IMG/VR virus record: IMGVR_UViG_3300024308_000188
Location: 124,001-188,000 of that record
Reading direction: 5' to 3' (one strand)
DNA: 64,000 nt
In this document: piece after piece, positions 18,064 through 26,971 of the stretch
Layout: each line of letters begins with the position of its first letter
How positions within the stretch are numbered: position 1 is the stretch's first letter
Program-made: the position numbers and the translations under genes
The notes under the pieces: model-generated
The model's database searches: none
What the model was told of the DNA's origin: nothing
The model's input: only the letters and a program-made list of their open reading frames with translations

Positions 18064-18708
18064 ATGAAGAAAATAACACGACAAAAAACAACTAAAAGTA
18101 AAGCAAAGAAAGAAAAGCCTACTTTAGTTACTCCATTGTTTCCAGCTGCTTACTTTGGTTTTGATCTGGTATCAAAAGCCGCTGGCTATTCTTTTGAAGT
18201 AGATTGGGATAATTACGCTGTTGGTTTATCTGGACGGCAAAATCTTTCCGATCTGAAAGAACTGATTAGTCTGCTTGAGCATTTTATTCAAATTGAAAAG
18301 ACTAATAAGGTTTATCAATATTCAGAATTAGATATTTCCGATTTTGAACTTGAAACTTATGAACCTTTTGAATCTGGTATGTCTCAAACTGCCATAGTCA
18401 TTGATTGTTCGGTGTATAAAAACAGATACGCTTTATTCTGTACCGCAGACACGATCAACTTTTCCACGCTGAATATTGATTCCTGCGAAGATATTGAAGT
18501 TGTTCTGGTGCTGGAATGTAATCACAACCGAGCGCGTATCGTCAGACTTTCTAAGCTATTGCAATCAAAGGCTGTTATGACGCTTGCCGCCCAGTTTGAA
18601 TATGTTGCTTATGCACCAATTTCTGATAAACAAACTTTGATGGAAAAAGTCTTATACTCTGATACAGAAGAAGTATATTTGGAAAGACTTTCCCGTTTAG
18701 AAAAGTAA
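18064..18708 (+). CDS. hypothetical protein with a Lys-rich N-terminus
   Basis: GGAG RBS; MKKITRQKTTKSKAKKEKP. Confidence 0.75.
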   Translation: MKKITRQKTTKSKAKKEKPTLVTPLFPAAYFGFDLVSKAAGYSFEVDWDNYAVGLSGRQNLSDLKELISLLEHFIQIEKTNKVYQYSELDISDFELETYEPFESGMSQTAIVIDCSVYKNRYALFCTADTINFSTLNIDSCEDIEVVLVLECNHNRARIVRLSKLLQSKAVMTLAAQFEYVAYAPISDKQTLMEKVLYSDTEEVYLERLSRLEK

Positions 18709-18725
18709 TGTGTGTGATAAATCAA

Positions 18726-18766
18726 GGACTGGCTGTTATGACCGAATGGCAGCTAGTCCGTTTATT
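18726..18766 (+). terminator. probable terminator hairpin
   Basis: GGACTGGCTG/CAGCTAGTCC 10 bp stem followed by GTTTATT. Confidence 0.6.
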
Positions 18767-18861
18767 CAAAACTTTGTTCGGTATTGAACTAGATTTAATA
18801 ACAATACAAACTTTTCGCCATGACATTGAAGCAAAATTGTCGATGCGAATTAAGGATCAAA

Positions 18862-19035
18862 ATGTTTGTTGAATATTGCTTACGGGTAATCGCGCTGATT
18901 GCTGTTATTCTTTTAATTGTTTGCGTTTTGCCATTTCCTTTTGTTAAAGCGCATCCGATATTAACGCCGACTATTGGATCAATGTGTGTTATTTATTTAA
19001 TATACTTTGTATTCTATAGGCCACGGCACTTTTAA
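18862..19035 (+). CDS. small membrane protein
   Basis: AAGGA RBS; two hydrophobic segments. Confidence 0.65.
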   Translation: MFVEYCLRVIALIAVILLIVCVLPFPFVKAHPILTPTIGSMCVIYLIYFVFYRPRHF

Positions 19036-19059
19036 ACGTAACCACTTGAGGATCTAGAA

Positions 19060-19644
19060 ATGGTTAAGAATGTAATCAACTTTATTTTGCGCTACACAGT
19101 CGGATTAGTAATAGCTCTTTTTATCGAATTACTTTTCCGAATTGTCGTAGCTTGTTTACCCTTTTATTCAAAACTGGATAAAAAGTTTGCTGCCAAAGCG
19201 AAACACATCGATACAGTGGCTGCCGAACTTAAATCTACTCGTATTACTTTGTGGACAAAAAATAAAATGTGTCAGTCGGAAGAAATGCTCAGCCGATCTA
19301 TGTGTCGTCGTTTTAACGCGCTGTATCGCTTTATGTCTTTGGACTTTGTAGAAAGCTTGATGTTGAATGATGAAAAATCTACAACTTGGCTGCAACACAG
19401 AGAAAAAGCTTTGGATGAATTTTACACTCTTTTGCTTTTGGCTAGAAATGAGCAAAATGATCCTTCTTTTACTCGTGAAAAGTTTGAGATAGAATTACGT
19501 AGAACTGCCAGCTATTTTGATGCTTGGTCAACATTGATGAATTTGATGAATGAAATGTTTGGCCGTTTAGGTCTAATTGTTTTGGCGGTCAAACTGGATT
19601 TAGTAACTGTAAATCTTAAGGTAAAGTGTAATGACAAAGAATGA
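19060..19644 (+). CDS. hypothetical protein with N-terminal TM
   Basis: GAGGA RBS; 194 aa. Confidence 0.72.
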   Translation: MVKNVINFILRYTVGLVIALFIELLFRIVVACLPFYSKLDKKFAAKAKHIDTVAAELKSTRITLWTKNKMCQSEEMLSRSMCRRFNALYRFMSLDFVESLMLNDEKSTTWLQHREKALDEFYTLLLLARNEQNDPSFTREKFEIELRRTASYFDAWSTLMNLMNEMFGRLGLIVLAVKLDLVTVNLKVKCNDKE

Positions 19645-19852
19645 AAAGCTTCTCAGGTCTTTGAAACGCAAATTGGCTTTGTTGGATCTTACTGATGCTG
19701 AATATGCTTTGTTGGGTTTGGAGCCGCCAAAAAGAAAGCCACCTAAGCGTTTGATCGAAAAGGCAGCTAAACTTGTTCGTGCCTTAAAACGCAAGGCCAA
19801 GAAAAAAGCTGATAAGAAAAGTTTAGATCCGGTAATCTGGCATACTAGCTAG
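19631..19852 (+). CDS. small, highly basic protein
   Basis: 73 aa, K/R-rich (KRKAKKKADKK). Confidence 0.68.
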   Translation: MTKNEKLLRSLKRKLALLDLTDAEYALLGLEPPKRKPPKRLIEKAAKLVRALKRKAKKKADKKSLDPVIWHTS

Positions 19853-19862
19853 GAGAATAAAA

Positions 19863-20435
19863 ATGCAGTTAGTGTCTTATATTTTTAATCACCGTTGGGA
19901 TTCGGAATGGAAATCTATTCCTGCAACAATGCGTGACGTAATTCGTCCGGCCCAAACTCGCAACGATAAGTTGGATGCTTTCAATAAAGCCAACGATGTT
20001 ATGTTGCGTAGTATTTTATTGAATAATGAAAATCCAATATTGGATTTTAGTTTGAATCGTGAAATCGTTGTTCCTGAGAAAAAGTCTGAGCAAAGCAGCG
20101 TGTGGTATTTACGTGCTTTACCTTTGAACCAAAGTCAGCCGATTGATGCGGATTATTTGCTGGATCTTCAGGAAACTATATCAGCGTACCGCAAAAAGAC
20201 TGTGGAAAACTCTGACTGCGCTTTTTGTTTACCTCAAAGCGAGAACAACGATTTACGTAATGTTGTTTGGTTTGATCTGGACTCCGGTACTTTTCTTACC
20301 TACAACAAAAATTTCTGCACTCGCATTCAAAGACACTTTCATGATTTGGCGAAACGCCATGTTATGGATTATATCTCAGATGCGGGTGAAGAACTCCAGA
20401 AGCTTTACTCTGCTTCTGTTTATAGCTCACGTTAA
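19863..20435 (+). CDS. hypothetical protein
   Basis: AGGAG RBS; 190 aa. Confidence 0.75.
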   Translation: MQLVSYIFNHRWDSEWKSIPATMRDVIRPAQTRNDKLDAFNKANDVMLRSILLNNENPILDFSLNREIVVPEKKSEQSSVWYLRALPLNQSQPIDADYLLDLQETISAYRKKTVENSDCAFCLPQSENNDLRNVVWFDLDSGTFLTYNKNFCTRIQRHFHDLAKRHVMDYISDAGEELQKLYSASVYSSR

Positions 20436-20437
20436 AT

Positions 20438-20596
20438 ATGTGTGCTTGTTTAGGTTGTGAATCAAAACGCAAGCTCAACAAACGTCTTAAGCAAAAGCTC
20501 GTAGAGCACAAACGCTTGATGAAATTGTATGAGCGCAAGTTAATGGCTTTGGGTGTAGATCCTAAAAGCCTTGAATCAAAGAGAGAATCTAAATGA
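20438..20596 (+). CDS. 52 aa basic protein
   Basis: Fills the gap exactly; TGA overlaps the next ATG; MCACLGCESKRKLNKRLKQKLVEHK... Confidence 0.6.
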   Translation: MCACLGCESKRKLNKRLKQKLVEHKRLMKLYERKLMALGVDPKSLESKRESK

Positions 20597-21222
20597 AAGA
20601 ACCTAAGAAACTTGCAAAGAAACCTTTGGCTAAAAAGCCTTCGCTTCCATTGAAGAAGTCTTTTATTAAGTCTCAGGCCGAGCAAAAATCTGTTCCTGCT
20701 AAAGCAGAGAAAAAAGAACCTGTCACTTTAACTTACAACAGCCAGATTGAAAAGTTGGAATGGTTATCAAACTTTCAACCTTGTCTGATCGTTGTGGTTA
20801 TTGATCGTACTACTGGCGAAACATTAAAGTTTAGCAGTGTAGAACAAGGCTTCCATTACTTCAAAACTCGCAGTCCTGAATTCCGCCAAAAGATTTACAA
20901 CTGCGTCAAAGCAAAAGACGCTCGTTATCATGGCAGTGAAAAATCTGGTTGCCCTATGCGACCTGACTGGAAAGAAATTCGCAAGAGCGTGATGAAAAAT
21001 CTTCTTCTTGCAAAATACGGCCAAAACTTGATTTTGAAAAAGTGGCTTCTTGCTACTGAAGATGCTAAGTTGGTTGAACTTGCACCTTGGGACAAAGAAA
21101 AGTTTTGGGGTGTTGACGAACAAGGGAACGGATCAAACAATTCTGGTTTACTTACAGAAGAAGTTCGTGAAATTCTGGCCGATAAATCAATCACAACTGT
21201 TTATATGGATCGTTACTTATGA
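20593..21222 (+). CDS. NADAR (YbiA-like) family protein with a K/P-rich N-terminal extension
   Basis: FSSVEQGFHYFK, DWKEIRKSVMKNLLLAKYGQN, LLATEDAKLVE, FWGVDEQGNGSNNSGLLTEEVRE. Confidence 0.88.
   Translation: MKEPKKLAKKPLAKKPSLPLKKSFIKSQAEQKSVPAKAEKKEPVTLTYNSQIEKLEWLSNFQPCLIVVVIDRTTGETLKFSSVEQGFHYFKTRSPEFRQKIYNCVKAKDARYHGSEKSGCPMRPDWKEIRKSVMKNLLLAKYGQNLILKKWLLATEDAKLVELAPWDKEKFWGVDEQGNGSNNSGLLTEEVREILADKSITTVYMDRYL
21159..21185 (+). promoter_or_regulatory. possible sigma28-type promoter
   Basis: AGAAGTTC-N11-GCCGATAA versus consensus TAAAGTTT-N11-GCCGATAA, 33 nt before the ATG at 21219. Confidence 0.4.
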
Positions 21223-22037
21223 CACAGTTAACTGATGCAAAACTCGATACAATGGTTTCTGCCGTCCAACAATTCGTTGCTCGTACAGTCGTTGACGATT
21301 TAGTTATTGCTTTGACGACCGAACAGCTTTTAAAATTGATCGCAGTTAATTCTGCTGATCTGAAAGCTGATCCTTCTGCGATTTTAAAGTTGCAGGAAAT
21401 GCTGATGTTAAGCGGTGTATGTTTGGTTAGCTTACCGACAGAACAGCGTGAATCAGCCACTGAAGGCAAGGCCAAAAAGTTGTATTACATTTTCCGTGAT
21501 ACAAATACTTTCCTGACAGATGCTGAAAAATATTCAATGGATGATTTTGATGATCTGTTAAATAGTAAACAAGTTTTGTTTGCAGATATTCAAAATCTGA
21601 AGCGTTTAAATTTACCGGAAGATAAAGTTGCTTCCGTTGTATGTGAAGCCGTTGGCCACAGTCGTTTGTCTATTCGACAGACAGGTAAATGCTCTCGCTG
21701 CGGATCTAAAATCCCTGCAACTTCTTTTACAGTCCTTATTACGGATAAAGGAAATGTTGGCATTGTGCCAACTAAGTTCCGTCCGATAGATCGCTTGGAT
21801 TGGAAAGATTTGATATTTGTTCCTGAGAAAACTTTGCAAATTTTGGCACGTAGTAAAAAGTTTAAGACTGTTGTTGATGTGAATAACAGTTACGATCTTG
21901 TTGTGCCGAAACAGGACAAATCTGAATTAATGTCCGACGACGATAAGCTTGAGATACATAAAATAGTCGCAAGCAAGTTGGAAGGTAAGGACAAAAAATC
22001 TCACGATAAGAAATCTCGTGAAAAAGATAAGAAGTAG
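21219..22037 (+). CDS. hypothetical protein with a CxxC motif and basic C-tail
   Basis: CSRCG; ends KDKKSHDKKSREKDKK. Confidence 0.75.
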   Translation: MTQLTDAKLDTMVSAVQQFVARTVVDDLVIALTTEQLLKLIAVNSADLKADPSAILKLQEMLMLSGVCLVSLPTEQRESATEGKAKKLYYIFRDTNTFLTDAEKYSMDDFDDLLNSKQVLFADIQNLKRLNLPEDKVASVVCEAVGHSRLSIRQTGKCSRCGSKIPATSFTVLITDKGNVGIVPTKFRPIDRLDWKDLIFVPEKTLQILARSKKFKTVVDVNNSYDLVVPKQDKSELMSDDDKLEIHKIVASKLEGKDKKSHDKKSREKDKK

Positions 22038-22105
22038 ATTTTACTTCGTTAAATAGTATTGCCAGATAAACTGGCCGAATCAAATATAACAACAGAGAAT
22101 TAATT

Positions 22106-22378
22106 ATGACACAGCAAAATACCGCGCAAGTTTGTGACTCAACTGAAGTTGTTGAATTTAGTACAAGCACCTCGGAAATAGTTGATGTTTTACACGATGC
22201 TGCCACGCGAACTTATTGGCAGCGTTACTTTGAAGCTGATTGTCAATATCCAGAACTTACTGACGAAAAACTTAAAGAGTATATCGAAAATCTTAGTTTC
22301 TATAAAAATGAAGATGACGAATATTCTTTTGAATTGTTCGGTGAAGGTTTTGTCGTTAAATTAAATTTCTTAGATTAA
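22106..22378 (+). CDS. hypothetical acidic protein
   Basis: 90 aa ORF. Confidence 0.7.
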   Translation: MTQQNTAQVCDSTEVVEFSTSTSEIVDVLHDAATRTYWQRYFEADCQYPELTDEKLKEYIENLSFYKNEDDEYSFELFGEGFVVKLNFLD

Positions 22379-22393
22379 TGTAAAGGAAACTTT

Positions 22394-24103
22394 ATGAAAA
22401 GTATCACAGTTCGTATTACTCACCTTATTGCTGTTGGTGAACTTTTTCAATCTCAAACAAACAAAGCTATGGCCGCTATCATCCCAAAAGATGATGCTTT
22501 GCCAACTTACAAAATTGAAACCGATGATTACAGACTGATTGAACAACTTTCTGGCGCTGTACTTTTGGTTCCTAAAAATCCGATTGATGCTGATTGCTCA
22601 AGTACAATTCAGCTGACCGAAATGGAAGTTGGTTATGGTGACTCTATCTATCCGGTTTATTCTGCGGTTACGCATGACAAAAAATCTGGAAAAACTCGTC
22701 CAATCTTTTTTATTGCGGGTATGGTTCAAACAATTTATGGTAGTTCTTTGTTCTTGCCGACTTTGACCGTACCGGCTGATGAAGTTGATATTGCGGCTTT
22801 GGTAAAAGATCCTGAAGAATCTGCAACAGGATTTGAAAAGCCACAGGCTTCATCTTTAGAGTTTATTCCAACAGACGAAGGCGCAAAAGTTGTTGCGCCT
22901 GAACCCGTTGTCGAAAACAGCGAGTCCAATGTAGAACCTGAAGAAGTTGAGTTTGATTTGATTCCAACAACTTCAGCTTTACTCGAAACTGATGCTACTC
23001 AATTGAATAAAGATGCTTTTGATGCCGCTGTTGAAAATTCAGGCTACGCGCATTTGTTTTCTTTGGATAGTTACAAAGTTTACGCGAATATTCAAAACGC
23101 TGAGTTTATCCAACAGTTAACAGAATCTTTAAGAGAAAGCGGTGATGTCAGCGCTTTCATTTATGAAGCTTTTGTTGGCCTTACAACAGACGATACAAGT
23201 TTAGTTTGGGATCAGGAATTTTGCGCCAACTATTTGGCCCCTGTTCTGTCACACTTGACCGCTTTGGCTGAAGGCCAGACGCGCGTTATTAAAGTTAGTA
23301 GTCAGTTTGATTGTACTTCGTTTGAAAGTTTTTGTGCTGCCTTACGAATCATAAAACATTTAAGTCTGCCGTTTGAATCGTCGCTTGATGCTCCAACAGT
23401 TGAAGCTTTCTTGCTTGATACAGCTTATGTAACAAACGAAGTTTTGGGCGCAATCCTAAACATTTATGTTGCGATCAATGAAGGTAAAACTACAACAGCT
23501 TGGTCTAAGCGCGGTAAAGCGTGTATTGTTTTAAGCTTGCTCGGCTTTATTGATGTGAATCCAGAAACACGATTCACAGAAGATGGTGCATTGTATGCTG
23601 TTGACCTGATCCGAACTTATTACACAACAGAAGATCAGTTTGAAGATAGCGGCTGCACTAATTTACTTCGCTATGTTCCTGAAGTTATTGACCAACTTTT
23701 CGAAGCTTTAAAAGTTCGCAAGCTGGTTGACAATCGCTGTTTATCCGAAACATCTATCGAGAAACGCGCTAAAATTGTTCGCGCTGTTTTGAATGATGTT
23801 ATTACAGTGAACGCTTTATCTTCGTGCGTACCAGACGTTTACGAAGCTTTATGTAAAGTTGAAAAACGTCTGTCTGATACTGGAGTTATTGTTGTCGGTG
23901 ATTCATGGTTAGCTCAACTCGAAGCCGCCTTACTTGCGGCTGATGATCTGGATATTGAATTCGCAGAGTATTCCACAAAGACTTTTCCGGTGGCACTGTC
24001 AGTTTGTTCAATCCTTCATCCTGAAATTGAAGTAACTTCTATTAATAGTGTTGATAGCAAAGAACAGCGCGTTAAAAATCTTATTGATGCACTGTTGACC
24101 TAA
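22394..24103 (+). CDS. hypothetical protein, 569 aa
   Basis: AAGGA RBS; long acidic ORF. Confidence 0.82.
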   Translation: MKSITVRITHLIAVGELFQSQTNKAMAAIIPKDDALPTYKIETDDYRLIEQLSGAVLLVPKNPIDADCSSTIQLTEMEVGYGDSIYPVYSAVTHDKKSGKTRPIFFIAGMVQTIYGSSLFLPTLTVPADEVDIAALVKDPEESATGFEKPQASSLEFIPTDEGAKVVAPEPVVENSESNVEPEEVEFDLIPTTSALLETDATQLNKDAFDAAVENSGYAHLFSLDSYKVYANIQNAEFIQQLTESLRESGDVSAFIYEAFVGLTTDDTSLVWDQEFCANYLAPVLSHLTALAEGQTRVIKVSSQFDCTSFESFCAALRIIKHLSLPFESSLDAPTVEAFLLDTAYVTNEVLGAILNIYVAINEGKTTTAWSKRGKACIVLSLLGFIDVNPETRFTEDGALYAVDLIRTYYTTEDQFEDSGCTNLLRYVPEVIDQLFEALKVRKLVDNRCLSETSIEKRAKIVRAVLNDVITVNALSSCVPDVYEALCKVEKRLSDTGVIVVGDSWLAQLEAALLAADDLDIEFAEYSTKTFPVALSVCSILHPEIEVTSINSVDSKEQRVKNLIDALLT

Positions 24104-24160
24104 ACTTTTCTAGGTGTGTCAAAAATGAGTGTTGCCTATTATAGTCTGTTTTGATATAAT
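24102..24160 (+). promoter_or_regulatory. composite promoter copy 5
   Basis: GGTGTGTCAAAAA; -35 TTGCCT, 17 nt, TATAAT 24155-24160. Confidence 0.8.
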
Positions 24161-24186
24161 AGGCACATTCAAACAAAGGAGAAAAC

Positions 24187-24441
24187 ATGCAAGCTAATAT
24201 ACTTAGCGTTAATAATGGGTTCCCATTCAATATGACTGTTGAGCAATTAAAGCCAAACGCAGTTGTAGAAATTCATATTAACGGACGCCAACAAAATTGT
24301 TTGATTATTTCCGTTGAAAAAGTTAAACAAGGTTTTAAAGGCGAAAGATTTTTTATGGCAATGACTCAACAAGGTGATCAATTTAGAGCAAGCCAGTTGA
24401 GCATTATTCGTTTAGTGAATCACAGCTTGACCTACGGGTGA
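24187..24441 (+). CDS. hypothetical protein
   Basis: AGGAG RBS; 84 aa. Confidence 0.72.
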   Translation: MQANILSVNNGFPFNMTVEQLKPNAVVEIHINGRQQNCLIISVEKVKQGFKGERFFMAMTQQGDQFRASQLSIIRLVNHSLTYG

Positions 24442-24444
24442 TAT

Positions 24445-24861
24445 ATGAAAAAAGAAATTGTTGGAATTCCGGCACTTCAAACATACGCCGAGAAGTTCTT
24501 TGCTAAAGTTCCTGATGCTGACTTTCAAACACTCAGGTTATATGCTGAAAAACGTCCGGCCTTTGCTGAGAACTTAATAACAGCTGGAAAAAGTTTGCGC
24601 TATTCATCAAAAGATTACGCAATCACTTTGACTCGCATCAGTGAAAAAGTTTATCAATTACTTTTGGATCGTATTGATTCCGAAGGTAACTCGCAAAAAG
24701 ATTTATACAGACTTACGCCATTCTATGCAATGCGTTTGTTTGCAAGTTTTGCTATGGCTTGTGTTCCACGCAAATCACGCGATCTTGAATTGGTTCTTGA
24801 TCGTCACCAAGCTAGACGAATTGATCCAAGCGTGTCAAAAACAGTGGTTGATCGACACTAA
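24445..24861 (+). CDS. hypothetical protein
   Basis: 138 aa; 3' end carries promoter copy 6. Confidence 0.7.
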   Translation: MKKEIVGIPALQTYAEKFFAKVPDADFQTLRLYAEKRPAFAENLITAGKSLRYSSKDYAITLTRISEKVYQLLLDRIDSEGNSQKDLYRLTPFYAMRLFASFAMACVPRKSRDLELVLDRHQARRIDPSVSKTVVDRH

Positions 24862-24908
24862 GCTTTTTGGTAAAATACAGTCATTGGTTAAGGCAATAAG
24901 GCCACCAG
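24819..24908 (+). promoter_or_regulatory. composite promoter copy 6 with AGGCAA leader hairpin
   Basis: TGATCCAAGCGTGTCAAAAA; -35 TTGATC, 17 nt, TAAAAT 24871-24876; TGGT-taaggcaataaggcc-ACCA. Confidence 0.75.
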
Positions 24909-24937
24909 TTAAACATATTATGATGGGAATCTAGATC

Positions 24938-25714
24938 ATGAAAAGTGTACAAGAGTTAAACAACGCTAGTATGTCAGACCTTTTAACTTTCGCGGAAGAA
25001 AAAGGTTTAACCATTCCTGAACAAATGCGTTCAACAAAATATCAAAAAGCTGTTGTTGAGTATTTGACCCGAAATGCAATCTACGCAAACAAAGCACCTG
25101 TTCAGGTTGTTATCGACACTACTCAGGAATGCAAACTTTTGGTTTCAAGCGAATGTGTTGATGCTTATGTAGAATTTTTAGCACAAACAGCTGCAAAAGG
25201 TCGTGCGCCTGACTTTATGAATTCAGGTTATGAAATTCGTGAAGATCTTGGTGTGGTTACTGATGCACGTTTGCTGTTTAACTACGGCATGGTAAAACGT
25301 GTTGAAAAGTTTATTCAGTTACCTAAACTTGGGCTGCATATTAATTCTTTGAAAGATAAGTTTTCCGTTTTTGTTGTTGACGTTCCGTACAGGGTTGAAT
25401 TTTCATTTGCCGACGAATTCAAAATTCAACCTATAACCCCAAATTCAATAATGGTTGACGGCCAACTTTTTACAAATTGCAGTTACAGCGTTCGTATTCT
25501 TCGTGAAGATGAAGAAGATATGGAAGAAGATGATGCTGATTTACCTGTAGAAAACTTTGTCGATTTTCAGGAAATGAGTTTGCCAGCTTTGCAGCGTTAC
25601 GCTCGTGAAAATCTGCCGGATAAAGGTGCAAGTATTGATCACGGTATTTTCACCAGCCAAAGTTTCCTGCAAGAATATTTGGATGCTGTTATAAACGGAA
25701 TTGATATAGAATAA
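24938..25714 (+). CDS. hypothetical protein with terminal Rho_N/HeH-like helical modules
   Basis: N-term ELNNASMSDLLTFAEEKGLTIP; C-term DFQEMSLPALQRYAREN. Confidence 0.7.
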   Translation: MKSVQELNNASMSDLLTFAEEKGLTIPEQMRSTKYQKAVVEYLTRNAIYANKAPVQVVIDTTQECKLLVSSECVDAYVEFLAQTAAKGRAPDFMNSGYEIREDLGVVTDARLLFNYGMVKRVEKFIQLPKLGLHINSLKDKFSVFVVDVPYRVEFSFADEFKIQPITPNSIMVDGQLFTNCSYSVRILREDEEDMEEDDADLPVENFVDFQEMSLPALQRYARENLPDKGASIDHGIFTSQSFLQEYLDAVINGIDIE

Positions 25715-25778
25715 AGTTTTGGCAAAGGTGATTTTATCAAGTCGCCTTTTACGCAAGCTTTAGCAAAAGGATATTTAT

Positions 25779-26030
25779 ATGAGAAAAGAATTAGTTGGTG
25801 CAATCGTCGCTTCTCAATTTAATCAGATTGCGATAGCCGAGGATATTAGTGAAGCCGAAGTTAAGCGTATTGTTAAAAGTTTAAAAGAAGATTACAGTGA
25901 GCCGCAGCAAGATTCTTGGCACGATGAAGGTATAGCTACTCGTTATCGTGCAACAAAAAAGTTGATTCCAAAAAGTTTACGTAGAGCAAAACGTGCTGTA
26001 CAAAAGAAGGCACGTAAAGCTCAACGATAA
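25779..26030 (+). CDS. hypothetical protein with a basic C-tail
   Basis: AAGGA RBS; 83 aa. Confidence 0.72.
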   Translation: MRKELVGAIVASQFNQIAIAEDISEAEVKRIVKSLKEDYSEPQQDSWHDEGIATRYRATKKLIPKSLRRAKRAVQKKARKAQR

Positions 26031-26032
26031 TC

Positions 26033-26090
26033 AACTGATCGAGGTGTGTCAAAAATAGTGGTTGTTATGAGCTACCACTTTTGATATAAT
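26033..26090 (+). promoter_or_regulatory. composite promoter copy 7
   Basis: ACTGATCGAGGTGTGTCAAAAA; TTGTTA, 17 nt, TATAAT 26085-26090; spacer hairpin AGTGGT/ACCACT. Confidence 0.85.
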
Positions 26091-26151
26091 TACACCATCG
26101 AAACAACAGAGAAAGTTTGTCTGAAGTTTCGTTCCCGATAAAAAGTTTGTT

Positions 26152-26241
26152 ACTAAACAAAGTGTGTCAAAAATAGTGGTTGTTATGAGCTGCCACTTTT
26201 AGTATAATGTATACATTGGTTAGGCAATAAAGCTCAGCCAA
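26152..26241 (+). promoter_or_regulatory. composite promoter copy 8 (tandem with copy 7) with AGGCAA leader hairpin
   Basis: ACTAAACAAAGTGTGTCAAAAA; TTGTTA, 17 nt, TATAAT 26203-26208; TTGGTT-aggcaataaagctc-AGCCAA. Confidence 0.85.
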
Positions 26242-26277
26242 AGTAAAAAGTTTATCAATCATTTGAGGATCTCGACC

Positions 26278-26883
26278 ATGATTAAAAAGTTTCCAAAGAA
26301 AGGTGAAAACAAAGCTCCAGTAAGTGTAAAACCTTCTGGTAAAGTTAAACCAAGTGCTAAATTTCCTGCAAAAGATACTCCGGTTAAAAAACCAAAAGCA
26401 AGTATTCCTGTTGCGGTAAGGTCAACTTTAAAAAGTGCTGGCATCGAAGTAAACAACATCGACAACTTAGATGCAAAATCATTAACTCGTGTTCTTTCTG
26501 CCGTAGATCAACTTTCAACTTTGATAAAAGAAAAGTTGGTTGATCTGAAAGGTTCTGGTACTGCCAAAACTGTAAATAAAACAGTGACTGGCAAAGCAAG
26601 TAAAAAGCAAGCGGTAGCGCAGTTCGTTGCTCCATCCACAGAGTTACGAAAGGTTTATCGTGAAGCAGGTTTGAGCGAAACTAAAGATTCGTTCAAGGCG
26701 AATTTAGCCAAAGCTAAAGAATTCGGCGTTGCATTATCAATGTTCAACAAGTCGATATTCGTAGATGATCAGGAACTTCTGGTTTACGGTGTTTCAGTGC
26801 GTGGTGGCGTTTGCCGCTTAATCTGTAAAAATGCCAAAGGCAAGGATGTTCGCGTTGAGTCAGATACTGTAATCAGTTTCTAA
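26278..26883 (+). CDS. basic protein with a K/P-rich N-terminus
   Basis: GAGGA RBS before MIKKFPKKGENKAP. Confidence 0.8.
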   Translation: MIKKFPKKGENKAPVSVKPSGKVKPSAKFPAKDTPVKKPKASIPVAVRSTLKSAGIEVNNIDNLDAKSLTRVLSAVDQLSTLIKEKLVDLKGSGTAKTVNKTVTGKASKKQAVAQFVAPSTELRKVYREAGLSETKDSFKANLAKAKEFGVALSMFNKSIFVDDQELLVYGVSVRGGVCRLICKNAKGKDVRVESDTVISF

Positions 26884-26931
26884 CAAAAAGTTTGTTTGAT
26901 TAATGTGTGGGGCAATCCTGCCCCGACCGTT

Positions 26932-26939
26932 CTGTAAAT
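26932..26939 (+). promoter_or_regulatory. CTGTAAAT candidate phage promoter
   Basis: Intergenic, just after the hairpin GGGGCA/TGCCCC; recurs at 31983, 32652, 50233 and 54376. Confidence 0.5.
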
Positions 26940-26971
26940 ATTTATTTGAATCCAATGTAAGGAAAGTTGAA

